Shown in pieces: positions 12,467 through 25,418 of a stretch of 64,000 bases of DNA. This DNA comes from Geosiphon pyriformis uo1 (lineage: Eukaryota > Fungi > Glomeromycota): NCBI GenBank assembly GCA_016748015.1, contig JAAOMT010000375.1, positions 243,156 through 307,155 on the forward strand, in the 5' to 3' direction. Every line of letters starts with the position of its first letter. Within the stretch, counting starts at the first letter, position 1. A program made the position numbers and the translations under genes. Under the pieces are notes generated by a model. The model was not told the DNA's origin. It saw nothing but the letters and a program-made list of their open reading frames with translations, and ran no database searches.

Positions 12467-15278
12467 CTGTGTATTTGTTATTTGTTCTATGTTGTTAACT
12501 ATAATAAACTTTAGTAAACTGCTTAATAATATTACTAGACAACATTTGAATACTGAATACAATTAGTATATTATCTTGTAGTATAGCATTAGATTATTTT
12601 TTCTAACAAATTTTTCTACTTGTTTTAGGATTTTTTTGTTAAATGTTCATTTATTGGTATCTAAATATGGTGTTTGTAGATCAAGTTTTTTACCAATTTT
12701 AAAAAACCAGTATATTAATAAAAGTTTTTTTTTCTATGTTTTGGAGGTTTCCAATGTCTATTTTTTTGTTACTGGTTTTAAGATTAATCTACTTAAAGTT
12801 TTCCTGATTTTATTAAGCTTTGCCTAACACATATTTTTTTTTTCTCTTAATTGTTTGTAGAAATAAAAATGATTAGTTCTAATTAAACTTTTGTTTACTT
12901 TTTTCTTGTGCAAATTTTTGTATTATATCTTTTTTTTATCAATTATAAATTTTATTTGTGTTGTAAATTGTTGAATTGATTCAAATAGTTATTTTGAAAG
13001 TCTTAAAATTTGATTTAAAAAATTTATGTTAAGAGTTTTATTATCTTCTTTCTGTTGTTTTAATCTTTATATATACTTAAATTTTTTCAATTTAAATTAT
13101 CATATGTTAACTACATTTTGATAATAATAATTGGTTTTAAATTTTGTGATATATCTTTTGGTCTGATTAATAAAATTTGTGTTTTTAGTTAAGGTATAAA
13201 TAATGATAATTTTTGGTTAATATAATAAATTTTCAGTTGATTTTTATGTACTACTTTCTTTAAAATTTTGTTCTTTAATTGTAATTTGTAAGCTCTATTG
13301 CTTAAAACTTTGTGTATGTGAAATGGTCCATTCCATTTTAGATTAAACTTTCCACTTTACTGTTTTTTAGTTTTAGTATAATATAATAATATTCTGTTTT
13401 CAATTTTGAATTCAACTAGTTGGTCAAATAAATAATTGTCATATTTTTTTTGTTGTTTCTAAGTGTTATTAATATTGTTAGCTGTTGTTTTATAATTGTT
13501 TTTTAATGTTTTATAAGCTGATATGTTTTTTAGTATAAGATAGCTTTAGAATTTTCTTTAATAATTGTTTTTGTTGAAAAAAAAAGTATTTTTTATTCAA
13601 TAAATAAAGTGGCTTTTCTTCTATAAACTAGTTTAAATAATATAAACTGAATAGTATTTTGCTTCAGTGTTTAGTATACAAATAATACAAAAAGTATAAA
13701 TAAATTATATTCTTGTGTATTTTTATAGCTTATTTTTGCTAATGCTTTACACAATGTTTGGTTAAATCTTTCTACCATTTTGTTTATTTGTGAGTAATAT
13801 AGTAAGAATAATAATCACTTTATTTCAAATTGTTGGTTTAGTTTAGCTAATATACTATTGACAAAATGAATTCTTTGGTTAGATAATAATTCTTTTAGGC
13901 ATTTATGTTGGCAAATCAAATCTTAATGCACAAATTTGGCTACTGTTTAATGTCAATTACTGGAATAGTTCTGACTTTAAGCTATTTAATAAAATAATTT
14001 ACAGTTACAATAATATAATAATTTTCTTTGAATGTAATTAAGAGAAAACCAACCAAATCAATTTTAATTTTATTAAATAAATTTTCAATTAAAATGAATT
14101 AAAGTGGTTTTATAGTTCTGGCTCTTTTTTTTTGTTGACATGAATTATAATTGATAATATACTCAAAAATATTTTTATATATTATTGATTAATAATATAG
14201 ATTTATTGTTTTTTTTAAAATAGTGTTTTTTTGAAGTGTCTTATAATTGGATCAAAGTACATATTATATAAAACAGTTTTTTTTTATTGTTTTTTATAAC
14301 ATGTTGTGAAGTAGTGCAGTTTTGGCATTCTTGATAGTATAGTTGGTTGTTCTGAATAAAGTAATTGCAAACTTGTTTTTATATAATACTTTGTTCTTAT
14401 TAAAATAATTTTTTTTTGAATTGCAGTGTTGATAAATATTAGTGTAATTACTGGTAGATAGTTGTATTCATAAGTTTGGGATTAGATTTGTATTATTCTC
14501 AACAAACTGTTAGCATTGATATTCTTGGCTTTTTTTTTATAATATACTTTATATGAGAACTATTGTAAATAAGTATTTTATTATACATATTTTTTTTCTA
14601 GTTATAACTTGTTGAGTAATTAAATGAGTTTTTTGTAATCTGTATATAAATTAAATAATTAGTAAAGGTAATGTTTCCAATTTTGTACTGCTTAGTAAAT
14701 AGTAAAATATTTCAAATTTGTCATATTGTATATTTTCTATAGGATGGCTTTTAGTGTATTTTTTAAAACATTTATAGCAATAATATAACATTTATTAAAG
14801 TCTGAATAAATCAATATTAGTGTTTTTATTAAGTATTGCTTAAGATAATCAAAAGTCTTTTATTGTTTTTTTTTATAGGTACAGAACATATTTTAATAAC
14901 AGATAATAGAATGGTTTTATAATATCTAAAAAACCTCTAACAAATTTATAATAATATTCAACCAATCTTAGAAATCTTTTTAGTTCTTATAAATTGGTTG
15001 GAATTGAAAAGTTCTTGACTTTTTTTATTTTGTTTGAATCTGGTTTTACTTTATTTTTTTCTATTATGTGTTCCAGAAATTTTAGTTCAATCTTTTCAAA
15101 AAAGTATTTATCTAAGTTAAGCTTTAATCTAACACTCTGTAGATAATTAAAACTTGTTGAAAGTGAAGCAAATAGTTATTGAATATTTTAGAAAATATAT
15201 TGGTATTGTTTAAGTATAATATAACTGATTTTTAGAGAATTTTTTTATACATAACATTTATAAGACATTGGAAGATAG

Positions 15279-16107
15279 TGTTACAAGTGATTTTTTGGGG
15301 TCTCAATCAAATAACAAACTCATAACTTGGTGTTAAAAGTTATTTGCATTGATGTTATTAATCTGAAAGTTTTGTATCTGAAGGTTTCAGTTTTGAGTTT
15401 TTTGTATAATGGACAGAGATTCAATAGTTGTTTTATCTATAGCTTCCCAAAATCGCAATTCTGTCAATTTTTTTCTCAGCATAATGGCCAGCAATCCTCT
15501 AGTAAGTATTCCGTATTTTCTGTACGTGTCCTACCCTCTCGCAGGAGTCTTTTACCAGGCAATCTTTGATATTAGTAATCTAGCACTTTATTCAACCAAT
15601 TAGTGCACAACAATAATATCAAAATAAAATAAAGAAAAAAAATAAAAGAAAATCATAAATAAGCCAAGGCAATTTTGCAAGTCAGTATCTCATCAATAGC
15701 CGTGATCAAGTGCTATTGTTTCAGTATATTTAAGTATCAATTACTATCAACATGGAGTGTTGATAGTGGAATTTAGGTTTGAGATACCAAATAGTTATTT
15801 ATTGTGTTTGGAAGGTTGTCTAGATGAAATCTAAACTTGAAGATCTCCTTTTTTAGTTTCTAATACTACTGCTATATATACATAATTGAGATTCCTCAAT
15901 TTCTCAATTCTTCACAACAGAAATCCTGGAATTTCTGGAATCCTGCAATTTCTTTGAAAGGAATCCTGTAATTCCTCATGAGAATCCTGTAATTCCTGAA
16001 ATCCTGCAATTCCTGAAAGAAATTCTGGAATTTCACATTTACTACGTCTACTTCTGATTGGCTAATAACTATGCTAATATATATTCCCTATATTTCTATA
16101 AGTAATA
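15279..16107 (-). repeat. 3' LTR of element E
   Basis: Collinear with 24574-25418; differs by transitions and a ~17-bp loss in the GAATTC array. Confidence 0.95.
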
Positions 16108-16120
16108 TTATTCCTTCCTT

Positions 16121-16780
16121 TTAATATTGAGCTCCATTGAAATCTAACTCTGTTAATTCCCCTTCTTAAAGTATTTCCTGAATTTTATTTTCGAGAATTA
16201 CTTGTGTTATTTGAGTCTGTAATTCTTTAAATTGAGTGTTAGTGATCTTTCCTAATTGATTACTGGTAACCATGTCTATTGCTTTGTTAAGTAAAATTTC
16301 TGGTCAATCCTGAAATGCTGTGTGTATTTGGTATATGGCTCAGGCCTGTGTGAATAAGTTGTTTTTTCTTACAAAATGTTCTAATTGTTGTAGTATTCTG
16401 GTGTCAAATAATCACTTTGTTTTATCCATATATAGATTTTGGATATTCATGTATTGTCCCAAGTAAAAATAACAATAGTTTCTTGGAAATTGTTGTATCC
16501 ACCAATTCCAAGTTTCTTTAGTCAACTCTTAGTATAGTGACTCTTTTGTCGACTCTTTTATTGCTAATTTTACTTTCGCCATGATTTTGTCAATGGTATT
16601 TTCTGTTTTCTTTTGTGTTCTATGTGGCGATGTCTTTCTAGTGTCTTGATATCAGATGGTTTGTTGATTAATTGTAATTTCCATCTCTTGGTGTTAAATC
16701 AATTAAAAGAGTTGTTGTGCTAGTGAGTAGATGTTGTCTGTAATTTCCATTTTTCTGATATTTTTTGTCACATCTACCAT
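16121..16780 (-). pseudogene. Element E ORF3, ~219 aa, unknown function
   Basis: Hand translation in one frame from ATG 16780 to TAA 16121: MVDVTKNIRKMEITDNIYSLAQQLF...WNWWIQQFPRNYCYFYLGQY...HFVRKNNLFTQA*AIYQIHTAF...VTSNQLGKITNTQFKELQ...ELDFNGAQY*; internal stops all reachable by C>T/G>A. Confidence 0.8.
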
Positions 16781-16804
16781 GTCTTTATATATTCTTTTGA
16801 TAGA

Positions 16805-18186
16805 TTAATTAATGTGTTGTTGTCAATAATAATAATTGGTTCCAGATCTCATGGAATCTCTTCTGGTTGGACTAGTATCTTCTGTACTCCTAATTGTGGA
16901 ATATTACTGATGGATAGTGGTATGATGTTGTGGTATGGTTTCAGTCGATCTCCATGTGCTGCTTTGGTTAAAATTTTGTTATTCAGTCTTAATTTGTAAG
17001 CTCTATTCCCTAGAATTTCTTCTATGTGAAATGGTTCATCTCATTTGGAGTCGAATTTTCCACTCCATTGTTTTTTCACTTTGATACAATGTAAGAGTAC
17101 TTTGTCTCCAATCTTGAATTCAACTGGTTTGTCTGGTAGTTAATTATCATGTCTTTCTTTCTGTTTCTCTTGTAACTTTTGTATATTATTAGCTGCTTTT
17201 TTTTGTTTGTTTTCCAATGTTTTTATTAAGTCATATGTTCTTCTTAACAATGTCTCTTGGAAATTTTCTTTTGTTATTGATTCAGTTAAATATATGTTAA
17301 CTTCTATCTCAACTGATAATGTTGATGTTCTACCGTATATCAATTTAAATAGTGTTGCTTGTATGGTGTCTTGCTTCATTGTCCGATAAGCAAATAATAT
17401 TGATGGTATAAACAAATCCCATTTGTCCTGGTTTTTTTGGCTGAGTTTTGCTATTGCTTCACACAATATTCTATTAAATCTTTCAACTAATCCATTGGTT
17501 TGTGGATGGTATGGTGATAATAGTAATCTCTTAATTCTGAATCTTTGGCTTAGTTTTGCTAATGTTCTATTCACAAAATGAGTTCCTTGGTCTGATAATA
17601 ATTCTTTTGAACATTCATGTTGACAAATCAGATCTTGATGGACGAATTCAGCAATGGATTCTGCATCTGTTCTTTGAATTGCTTTGGCTTCTGGCCATTT
17701 AGTAAAATAGTTTATGGCTATTGCAATATATCTGTTGCCTCTGCTGGTAATTGTCAATGGTCCGACTAAATTAATTCCAATGTAGTCAAATAGTTGTCCC
17801 ACTTTGATTGGTCTTAATAGTTTGCTGGGTCTTGTTCCTCCTCTTCTTTGACAAGCATCACAATTTTGCACATATTAAATGATGTCTGGATACATCAATA
17901 GTTAATAGTATCTCTTTCTGGTTCTTTCTATGGTTGTTTTTTTATGAAAATGTCTTGCAGTTGAATCTGAGTGCATGTTGAACAGTATTGTCTTTTTTTC
18001 TGGTTCTGTAATTACTCTGGTTGGTTGATCTAAATCTTTTCTATTTTTCTGATAAAGTATATTTTGGTAAGTGATAAAATATTTGGATTGTTGTTTGATC
18101 TTCTTTTGTTCTGGTTGAGATAATTTTTTTTTGAACTGTTGAGTATCTATATAATGTTGAAGTTGTTGATATTTTTGTGTGTTCAT
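16805..18186 (-). pseudogene. Element E integrase (stand-alone ORF2)
   Basis: MNTQKYQQLQHYI start; H-H-C-C finger (MHSDSTARHF...CDACQ), core GINLVG...SDQGTHF...PQTNGLVERFN; no chromodomain visible. Confidence 0.9.
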
Positions 18187-18247
18187 CTTTTGTTATATTT
18201 TCGTGAGTATTGTTTTGGTTTTGTTATATTTTTGGATTAAAATGTTC

Positions 18248-21200
18248 TTAGATTTGTCTCATTTGCGACAAACTGTCAACATTTCCGTTGGCTTTTCCCT
18301 TTTTATAATGTATGGTATAAGTATATGGTACAAGTGCCATTTTCTATCTTGACTGTCTTCCATCTCCAAATTCTTGTTTTTGGAGTGATGTTAATTCTTT
18401 GTGATCTGTGTACACCTCAAACTTTTGGCTCAAGTATTTTTTCCATTTCATAACTGCCCAATAGATTGCTAGATGTTCTAATTCTGATGTTCCATAGTTC
18501 TTTTCGGCTGAAGTCAAACCTTGGCTGGTATATGCAACTGGATGTTCTCTTTCATCCAATTCTCTCTGAGATAGTACTGCTCTCAATGCTTGACCTAATG
18601 CATTGGTAGTAATGATGAATAGTTTACTATAATCTGGATATATTAGTACTGGAGCTTGAATGAGCTTTCTTCTTAGAGTGTCAAAAGCTTTTTGTTGAGT
18701 TTTGGTCCATTCATATTTCACATTCTTGGTTTGGAGATGATTGAGTGGCTGAGCTATCTTTGAAAAGTTCTTAATAAAGCGTCAATAATAGCTAGCAAAT
18801 TCCAAGAATAATTTCAGCTCAGTTATGTTAGTTGGTATTGGAAAGTTCTTTACTATTTTTATTTTCTCTGAATCTGTTTTTATGCCATCTTTACTAACTA
18901 TGTGTTCCAAGAATTTTAGTTCTGTTTTGCCGAAAAAACACTTTGTTGCATTTAATTTTAATTCTGCTCATCATAGTCTTTCGAACACTTGTTGGAGATA
19001 ATATAGATGATCATCGAATGTTTTTAAGAACACATTGATGTCATCCAAGTATACAACTACTGATTTCCACAATAAGCCAGTGTACACAATTTCCATTAGC
19101 CGTTGGAATGTAGCTGAAGCATTGGTTAAGCCGAATGGCATAACTTCAAACTCAAAGTTTCTCTTTCTTGTGGTGAATGCCGTTTTTTCTTTGTCAGCTG
19201 AATCCATGGCTACTTGCCAGTAACCACTATCTAAGTCTAATGTTGAAAACCATTTGTTTTCACCAAAAGCGTCGAATAGTTTTTGTATTTATGGAGTTGG
19301 ATAGCTGTCTCTATAAGTTACACCATTGAGTTTCTTGTAGTTTATACAAAATTAGATTTTTCCATTCTTCTTATGGATGAGTACTACTGGTAATGACTAT
19401 GGGCTTATTGATAGCTGAATTAACCCATTGTTAAGCATTTGGTTGATCTTTTGATGAATGATTTCATGGCTGGCTGGTGGTACCCTGTATGCTCACTGTT
19501 TGATTGGTATTACATCTCCAGTCTTGATCTGATGCTGGATAATATCAGTTCTGCCAAATTCGTTTTCACTGGCAAAGATGTCATTGAAATTATTGAGTAA
19601 CATCTTTAGTTGTATCTGTTGAAGTGTGTCTAGATTTTCTATGTTTATTCATTCCAATTGTTCTGGCTGTAACAGATAACATTTGTTTTATCTGTAAATG
19701 GTTTATAATGTAATGTCCACATATTCACAAAGCTGTAGAAAATCTGAAATGCTGCTTGATGCTTGATCTTTAATTTCTGTGGTTAAATATTCGAGAGTAG
19801 TTCCTTCTGGTATCTCTACAACATTTCTGGTGTTGTTGTAGATGGAAATTTTGATATGATTATGGCTCTTGGCTGGTATGTGTAGATTGATAAGTCCAAT
19901 TTCTCCTGATTCACAAAGGGTCACTTCCGCTTCAAAAATCTGTTCTTGCTCCTTCTCTCTTCTTTCTATTATTAACATGTATCAGCTATATGGTGGAATA
20001 GAAATTGTTTAACCAGTTGAAATAATTTCTCCTTGGCCAATAATTTTTTCCTTTACTATATTGACTGGTATATTTATTCTACCTGTGGATTCAAATCCTT
20101 GTATCCCTCTTGCTGTTATTCCTAATTCTTTTTTGTTTCCCACTAACACTAATTGAACTACTTTAACCAAAGGCAGGAATATTGCCTGTGCTATTTTTTT
20201 ATTTGGCTCTATAATATAGGTCTTTTCTGAGTCATTTTGTAGCATGGCAATAATATTTCCTACATATCCTGTGTCAATTATTCCTTCTCTTATATTTATT
20301 CCTCTTTTTGCTAGACTACTTCTAGATGCTAATTGAATTATTGTTGTTGTTGGAATTTCTAAGACTATTTTGAGATTTATGCAAGTGTGTGAATGTGGTT
20401 CCAATTTGATGGCATCTTTTTCTGGATACCTTAGATCAAACCCAACATCGGTATCATGCATGCATTCTGGCATAATATCTTCATTATTATCGCTAAACCA
20501 TTTAAGTTTCTGTTCTTTGGTGAGGTCAGGAAGTACAATATATTTTTCATAGTTTGGATCGGGGTTTAAATCTGAGTTGGAATCGTTGTCATTGTTCTCG
20601 CCATATTGGATGGAATTGAAACTGGTGTTTTTGTCATCATTGTTGTCAGAGTTTGAATTGAGATTAAAAATTGATTCTGATTCTGATGCACAGCTGCTAA
20701 TTGGTTCTTCTTCCTCTGGGATTGTGTAGATCATGCATAGTGGCGGATTGTAAATGAAGTCACACTCATTACAATATTGGAAGTCACATGGAATCAAACA
20801 ATGGTCACATAGTCGAGTGTTTATTTCTTTTAAGCATTGCTTTTGCTCTTCTCTCGTGGATGCTAAATTCTAATAGTGTTCATGGAATTCTTCTGGGCTG
20901 TTTTCTAAGTCAATAAAGGCATCCAAGTTGAGAACAAAAACAATGTCTGTTGGTTCTGGAGGGTTATTTTTGATCTCTAGAATTTCACTGAATAAAGCAC
21001 CTTCTACTTTGGCATTGGTCATTCGCCAGATCTTGTTCTTGTCATGTAGATAACCGTCTAGACAGGATATAGCTCGGTGCCATGCTGCTGTAATGGGTGT
21101 ACCACAACTCATCCAATTGTTAATAAGGATCATGTATTGGCACAAAGCATTGCACATTCCTCCTCGACCAAGAATGTCATTCCACATTCCTTCATTGAGT

Positions 21201-24200
21201 AATTGTTTGCTGCAAGCGAGACATGGTTTATTGTCCCATTTGCCTTGTTATTTTGGATAGCCATATTGTTCTCTATGGCATGGCTTGCAGTAATAATGGG
21301 TTCGAATCCAGTGGTTTTCATCTGGTGTGATCCAGACTTCCATGGAAGAAAGTTTCTTCTCACAGTCTTTGCATTTTAGTGAGACGTATGGTAATTGTGG
21401 CAGTGGCTCATAGATGGAGTACAAACTTGTTCAGCCACTGGTGACTTGGTGAGTGTTAGTGGTTGGTTCAGGTGACTTCTCTTCTTTTTCTTTCCCTTTC
21501 TCCTCCCAGTTTATTGTTGGCATTAGTTCACTTTTATTGTTGTTAGTCTAAGAGTCGATGGTAGCTTCCCAGATAGGTTCTTTTCTTTGCTTTTCCTTTC
21601 CATTATTGTTGTTGTTGTCCTAGGCGAGTATTGGCAGTAGTTTGTTGTGATCGATGTCTGCTCACGAGACTTGGTATGCTTCCCAAATGGGTTTCTCTTT
21701 TTCCTTTTCTAGCTCTATTAATAGTTTCTTTCTTAAAGGAGCTTTGAAGTGACTATACATTGCTGGTATTCGCGTGTGTTGACCATTCTGGCTGAGTACT
21801 AATTCTTGAGTCATCCAATCAAGCATGGCATTGGTTTTTGGATAGCCAGTCATTACCAACTAACACTTGGTATTGGGTGGCTTTCATTACCAGAACTTTG
21901 ATGAGTACTATAATGTTATTGACTTTAATTGGAAAGTCATTGATTTCACCAATTGGGGTTTTGGTGGCTCCATCTGCGGTGATAATCCTGGCACTGGCAG
22001 TGCGATCAACTTAGTAACTTAATTGATCCATGAGTTGTTGTGTGATAATGCTGCCTGCTGAACCACTGTCAAGGATTAAATTGATGGAATGGCCATCAAC
22101 CTTGGCATCAGTGTACATGATTGTGATTGGTTTCTCTTCAAGTGCTGCTCCACTGAATAATGGTGTATCTGATAGTTCCTCAAGTTCGAATAGAAAGATG
22201 GCATTCAAAGATTCATTTTTGGTGATTGTAGCAAGTGGTATATTATTGGTAGGTGGTTGTTGTTGTTTGATTTTCTGATTGCTAAAGATGGCATCTTCTG
22301 GAATCACCAGAAGGCTTAAATAGTGTTGGGAATTTGGGTTTTGGATGGAACCAGTGCCCAAATTCCACTGACAAGATCCTGATTGTTGGTGAAAAGAGCT
22401 GGAGATTGGTTGATGTACAACTATCACCAATCTCTAGTTTTGGGTGATCTTTGATCTTGGGTTTCCTGATGTCATTTGAGCTGGGTTTGCTGATGGTGTT
22501 TGAATGATGGGTGTTTAATAGATTGCTGGTGGCTGCAGTTAATATATTACTTGTGGCTGCACCTAATAAATTACTTGTGGCAGCAGTTGATAAACTGGTG
22601 GTTGATAAATTGGTTGGTGCATTATAGACAAATAAGTGAGTTGATATTGGTCTTGATTCGGGTAATGGTTCAAAGTCTGGAACTGGCAATTGGGGTTTCT
22701 ATATTGATTTTCTGATCATGAATTGCTATAAGTATGGCAGTTGGCTTTAATGTGTCCTTGTTTATCACAGTTGTGGCAGATGCACATCTCTGGCTGTCAT
22801 GACTGATTGGATAATGACAATAGACATGACTGATTTTGGAAATGATTTGCATTTCCCTGATTGTTATGCCATTGAGGAGATTAATAAATCGTGCAATTGT
22901 CAGCTAAGTATTCCTCTAATTTCTGATTAATTGAATCACTGAATTGCTTCAATTTGGAATCCAATTCAGATGATCCATTCATTGCTAGATTCACAGCTTG
23001 AGCATAATTAGCTTCTAGTTCAGCTGCTTCAAAATCTTTGGCATATGTGATTGCGGTTGGAAGGTCTACTGGGTGCATTGGACATACTCATTGTAGAATA
23101 CTATTGTGCAATCCTCTAATAAATTGATTTAAAATCTGTGGCACTGTGAAATAGTCGGCTTGGATGGCTTGTATTTGGCATAAATTTCTATGGAAGCATC
23201 CCAAGTAGGTAGTGACTGCTTCAGTGTCTCTTTGTCTAATCATTGTAAAGGTGTTGGCTAATTTGTTGATACTATTATTGTTGCTAAAGTACTGCAAGAA
23301 TTCAGTTTTAAATCCATTAAAATTTTGGGTTTTGATAGTGAAACTTTGATACCATGCATCAGCGGTATCCTGGAGAAAGTAAGAGATCACTTTCATTACT
23401 TTAGCATTATCCCAATTATTGGCTGTAATGGCTTTGGCTACATTATTTAACCAGACTTGAGCATTGTCTTTTTCACCATTGAATTTGTCAAGTTTTGCAA
23501 TAGGTGTGTAAGCCATTTATTGTTGCTGTGGTGGTAGAAATTGTTGTTGTTATTGGGGCAGTACTGGTGGCAGTTATTGATTTTGTTGGTTCGGTGGTTG
23601 GATGGACTGGTCAATTGGTTCAACAGATGGTTGATTGATGACAATAACTGGAGGTAAGTATTGATTAATTACTTTGGAGTTTGGATTGTTCTAATTTGGT
23701 GGGGTTTGAATATTCAGAGTGTCGTTTTCCGAATTGTCTAAATTGGGCTGGGTTTGAAAGTTTGGGGTTTCAATTTTCGGGTTTTCTAGGATCGGGTTTT
23801 GGTAAGTAAATTCTTGATTCTCAGATTCTTCTTCCTCTTCTACTTCTTGTTTTCTTTCTGATTCAGTAATTTCCCAAGAACTCACAATTCCAAAATTCAG
23901 TTGAGGTGGTGGTGATCGAAATCCTGATGGCATCAGTGATTGAGATTTAAATCCTTCAAAATACTTGCCATATGGTTCTAGTAGATTCTCTTTTCTTTGT
24001 TTACTTTAAAATAGGAAATGTCCAGATGCTGATGTTGCATTTAATGTGGACGTGTCTGTTGATGATATATTGATGGCACTTCTAGGGGTATAGTGATAGA
24101 ATGGGTTGTTTGGGGATTCAACTCTAGTTTTTTTCTAAGTGGGTGGTTGTATCCTTTAAGATGTTACTACTGGTGTTTGTAGTTTTTCTTTGCCTTTACT

Positions 24201-24512
24201 TGTGTAAGTAATTGGGTATCTTTGTTGTATGTGGTGTTCAATTTCTTTGTTGATCTCAGTGATGATGGATGCGAAATTATGATTTGTAAGTAGGCTGGTG
24301 TTTTGAATTAATTTGTTGTAAAAAGTTTCTTTCATTGATTCAATATTCACAGATGTTCCCAACAGATAGACAATCTTTTTATTAATGTAGAAATTGAAAG
24401 CTGATTCTGCTAATATGTGATTATGGGTTAATCTCAAATGTTGACAGTAATGTTAAAATAAAGATTTTGCAAATCCTAGATGGTTTGCTTCGACATTTTC
24501 TGATTCTGCCAC
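18248..24512 (-). pseudogene. Element E ORF1 polyprotein (extension-Gag-protease-Cys domain-dUTPase-RT-RNase H)
   Basis: ILDSGSAG protease, dUTPase motifs 20080-20476, RT VVYLDDINV, RNase H ends NVDSLSQMRQI* at 18248; one frameshift near 21840. Confidence 0.93.
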
Positions 24513-24573
24513 TTTTGAATAGAGTTGTTGGTACTGGTTTTCTGTAGAATTATACCTCACAGAGAGCACCAAA

Positions 24574-25418
24574 TGTTACAAGTCATTCTTTGGAGTCTCA
24601 ATCAAATAACAAACCCGTAACTTGGTGTTAAAAGTTATTTGTGTTGATGTTATTAATCTAAAGATTTTGTATCTGAAGGTTTTGGTTTTGAGTTTTTTGT
24701 ATAATAAACAGAGATTCAATTGTTGTTTTATCCATAACTTCCCAGAATTGCAATTCTGTCAATTTTTCTCTTAGTGTAATGGCCGGCAATCTTCTGGTAA
24801 GTATTCTGTATCTTTTGTATGTGTCCTACCCTCTCGCAGGGGTCTTTTACCAGGCAATCTTTGATGTCAGTAATCTAGCACTTTATTTAACCAATTAGTG
24901 CACAACAATAAAATCAAAATAAAATAAAGAAAAGAAATAAAAAAAAATTATAAATAAGCCAAGGTGATTTTGCAAGTCAATATCCCATCAATAGCCGTGA
25001 TCAAGAGCTATTGTTCCAGTGTGTTTAAGTATCAATTACTATCAACATGGAGTGTTGATAGTGGAATTTAGGTTTGAGATACCAAATAGTTATTTATTGT
25101 GTTTGAAAGGTTGTATAGATGAAATCTAAACTTGAAGGTCTCCTTTTTCAGCTTCTAATACTACTGCTATATATACATAATTGAGATTCTTCAATTCCTC
25201 AATTCTTCACAACAGGAATTCTGGAATTTCTGGAATCCTGCAATTCCTTTGAAAGGAATTTTGGAATTCTGGAATCCTGTGATTCCTTATGAGAATTCTG
25301 TAATTTCTAGAATCCTGTAATTTTTAAGAGGAATCCTGGAATTCCACATTTACTATGTCTACTTCTGATTGGCTAATAACTATGCTAATATATATTCCCT
25401 ATATTTCTATAAGTAACA
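24574..25418 (-). repeat. 5' LTR of element E
   Basis: TGTTAC...GTAACA, AGCCAATCAG CCAAT box, GAATTC array, TATA box, followed by PBS. Confidence 0.95.

Larger units (their letters stand above)
15279..25418 (-). mobile_element. Full-length Ty3/Gypsy element E (10.1 kb), TSD ATAG
   Basis: Paired LTRs 15279-16107 and 24574-25418, ATAG on both flanks (15275-15278, 25419-25422), PBS 24555-24571, PPT AAAAGGAAGGAATAA 16108-16122. Confidence 0.97.
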
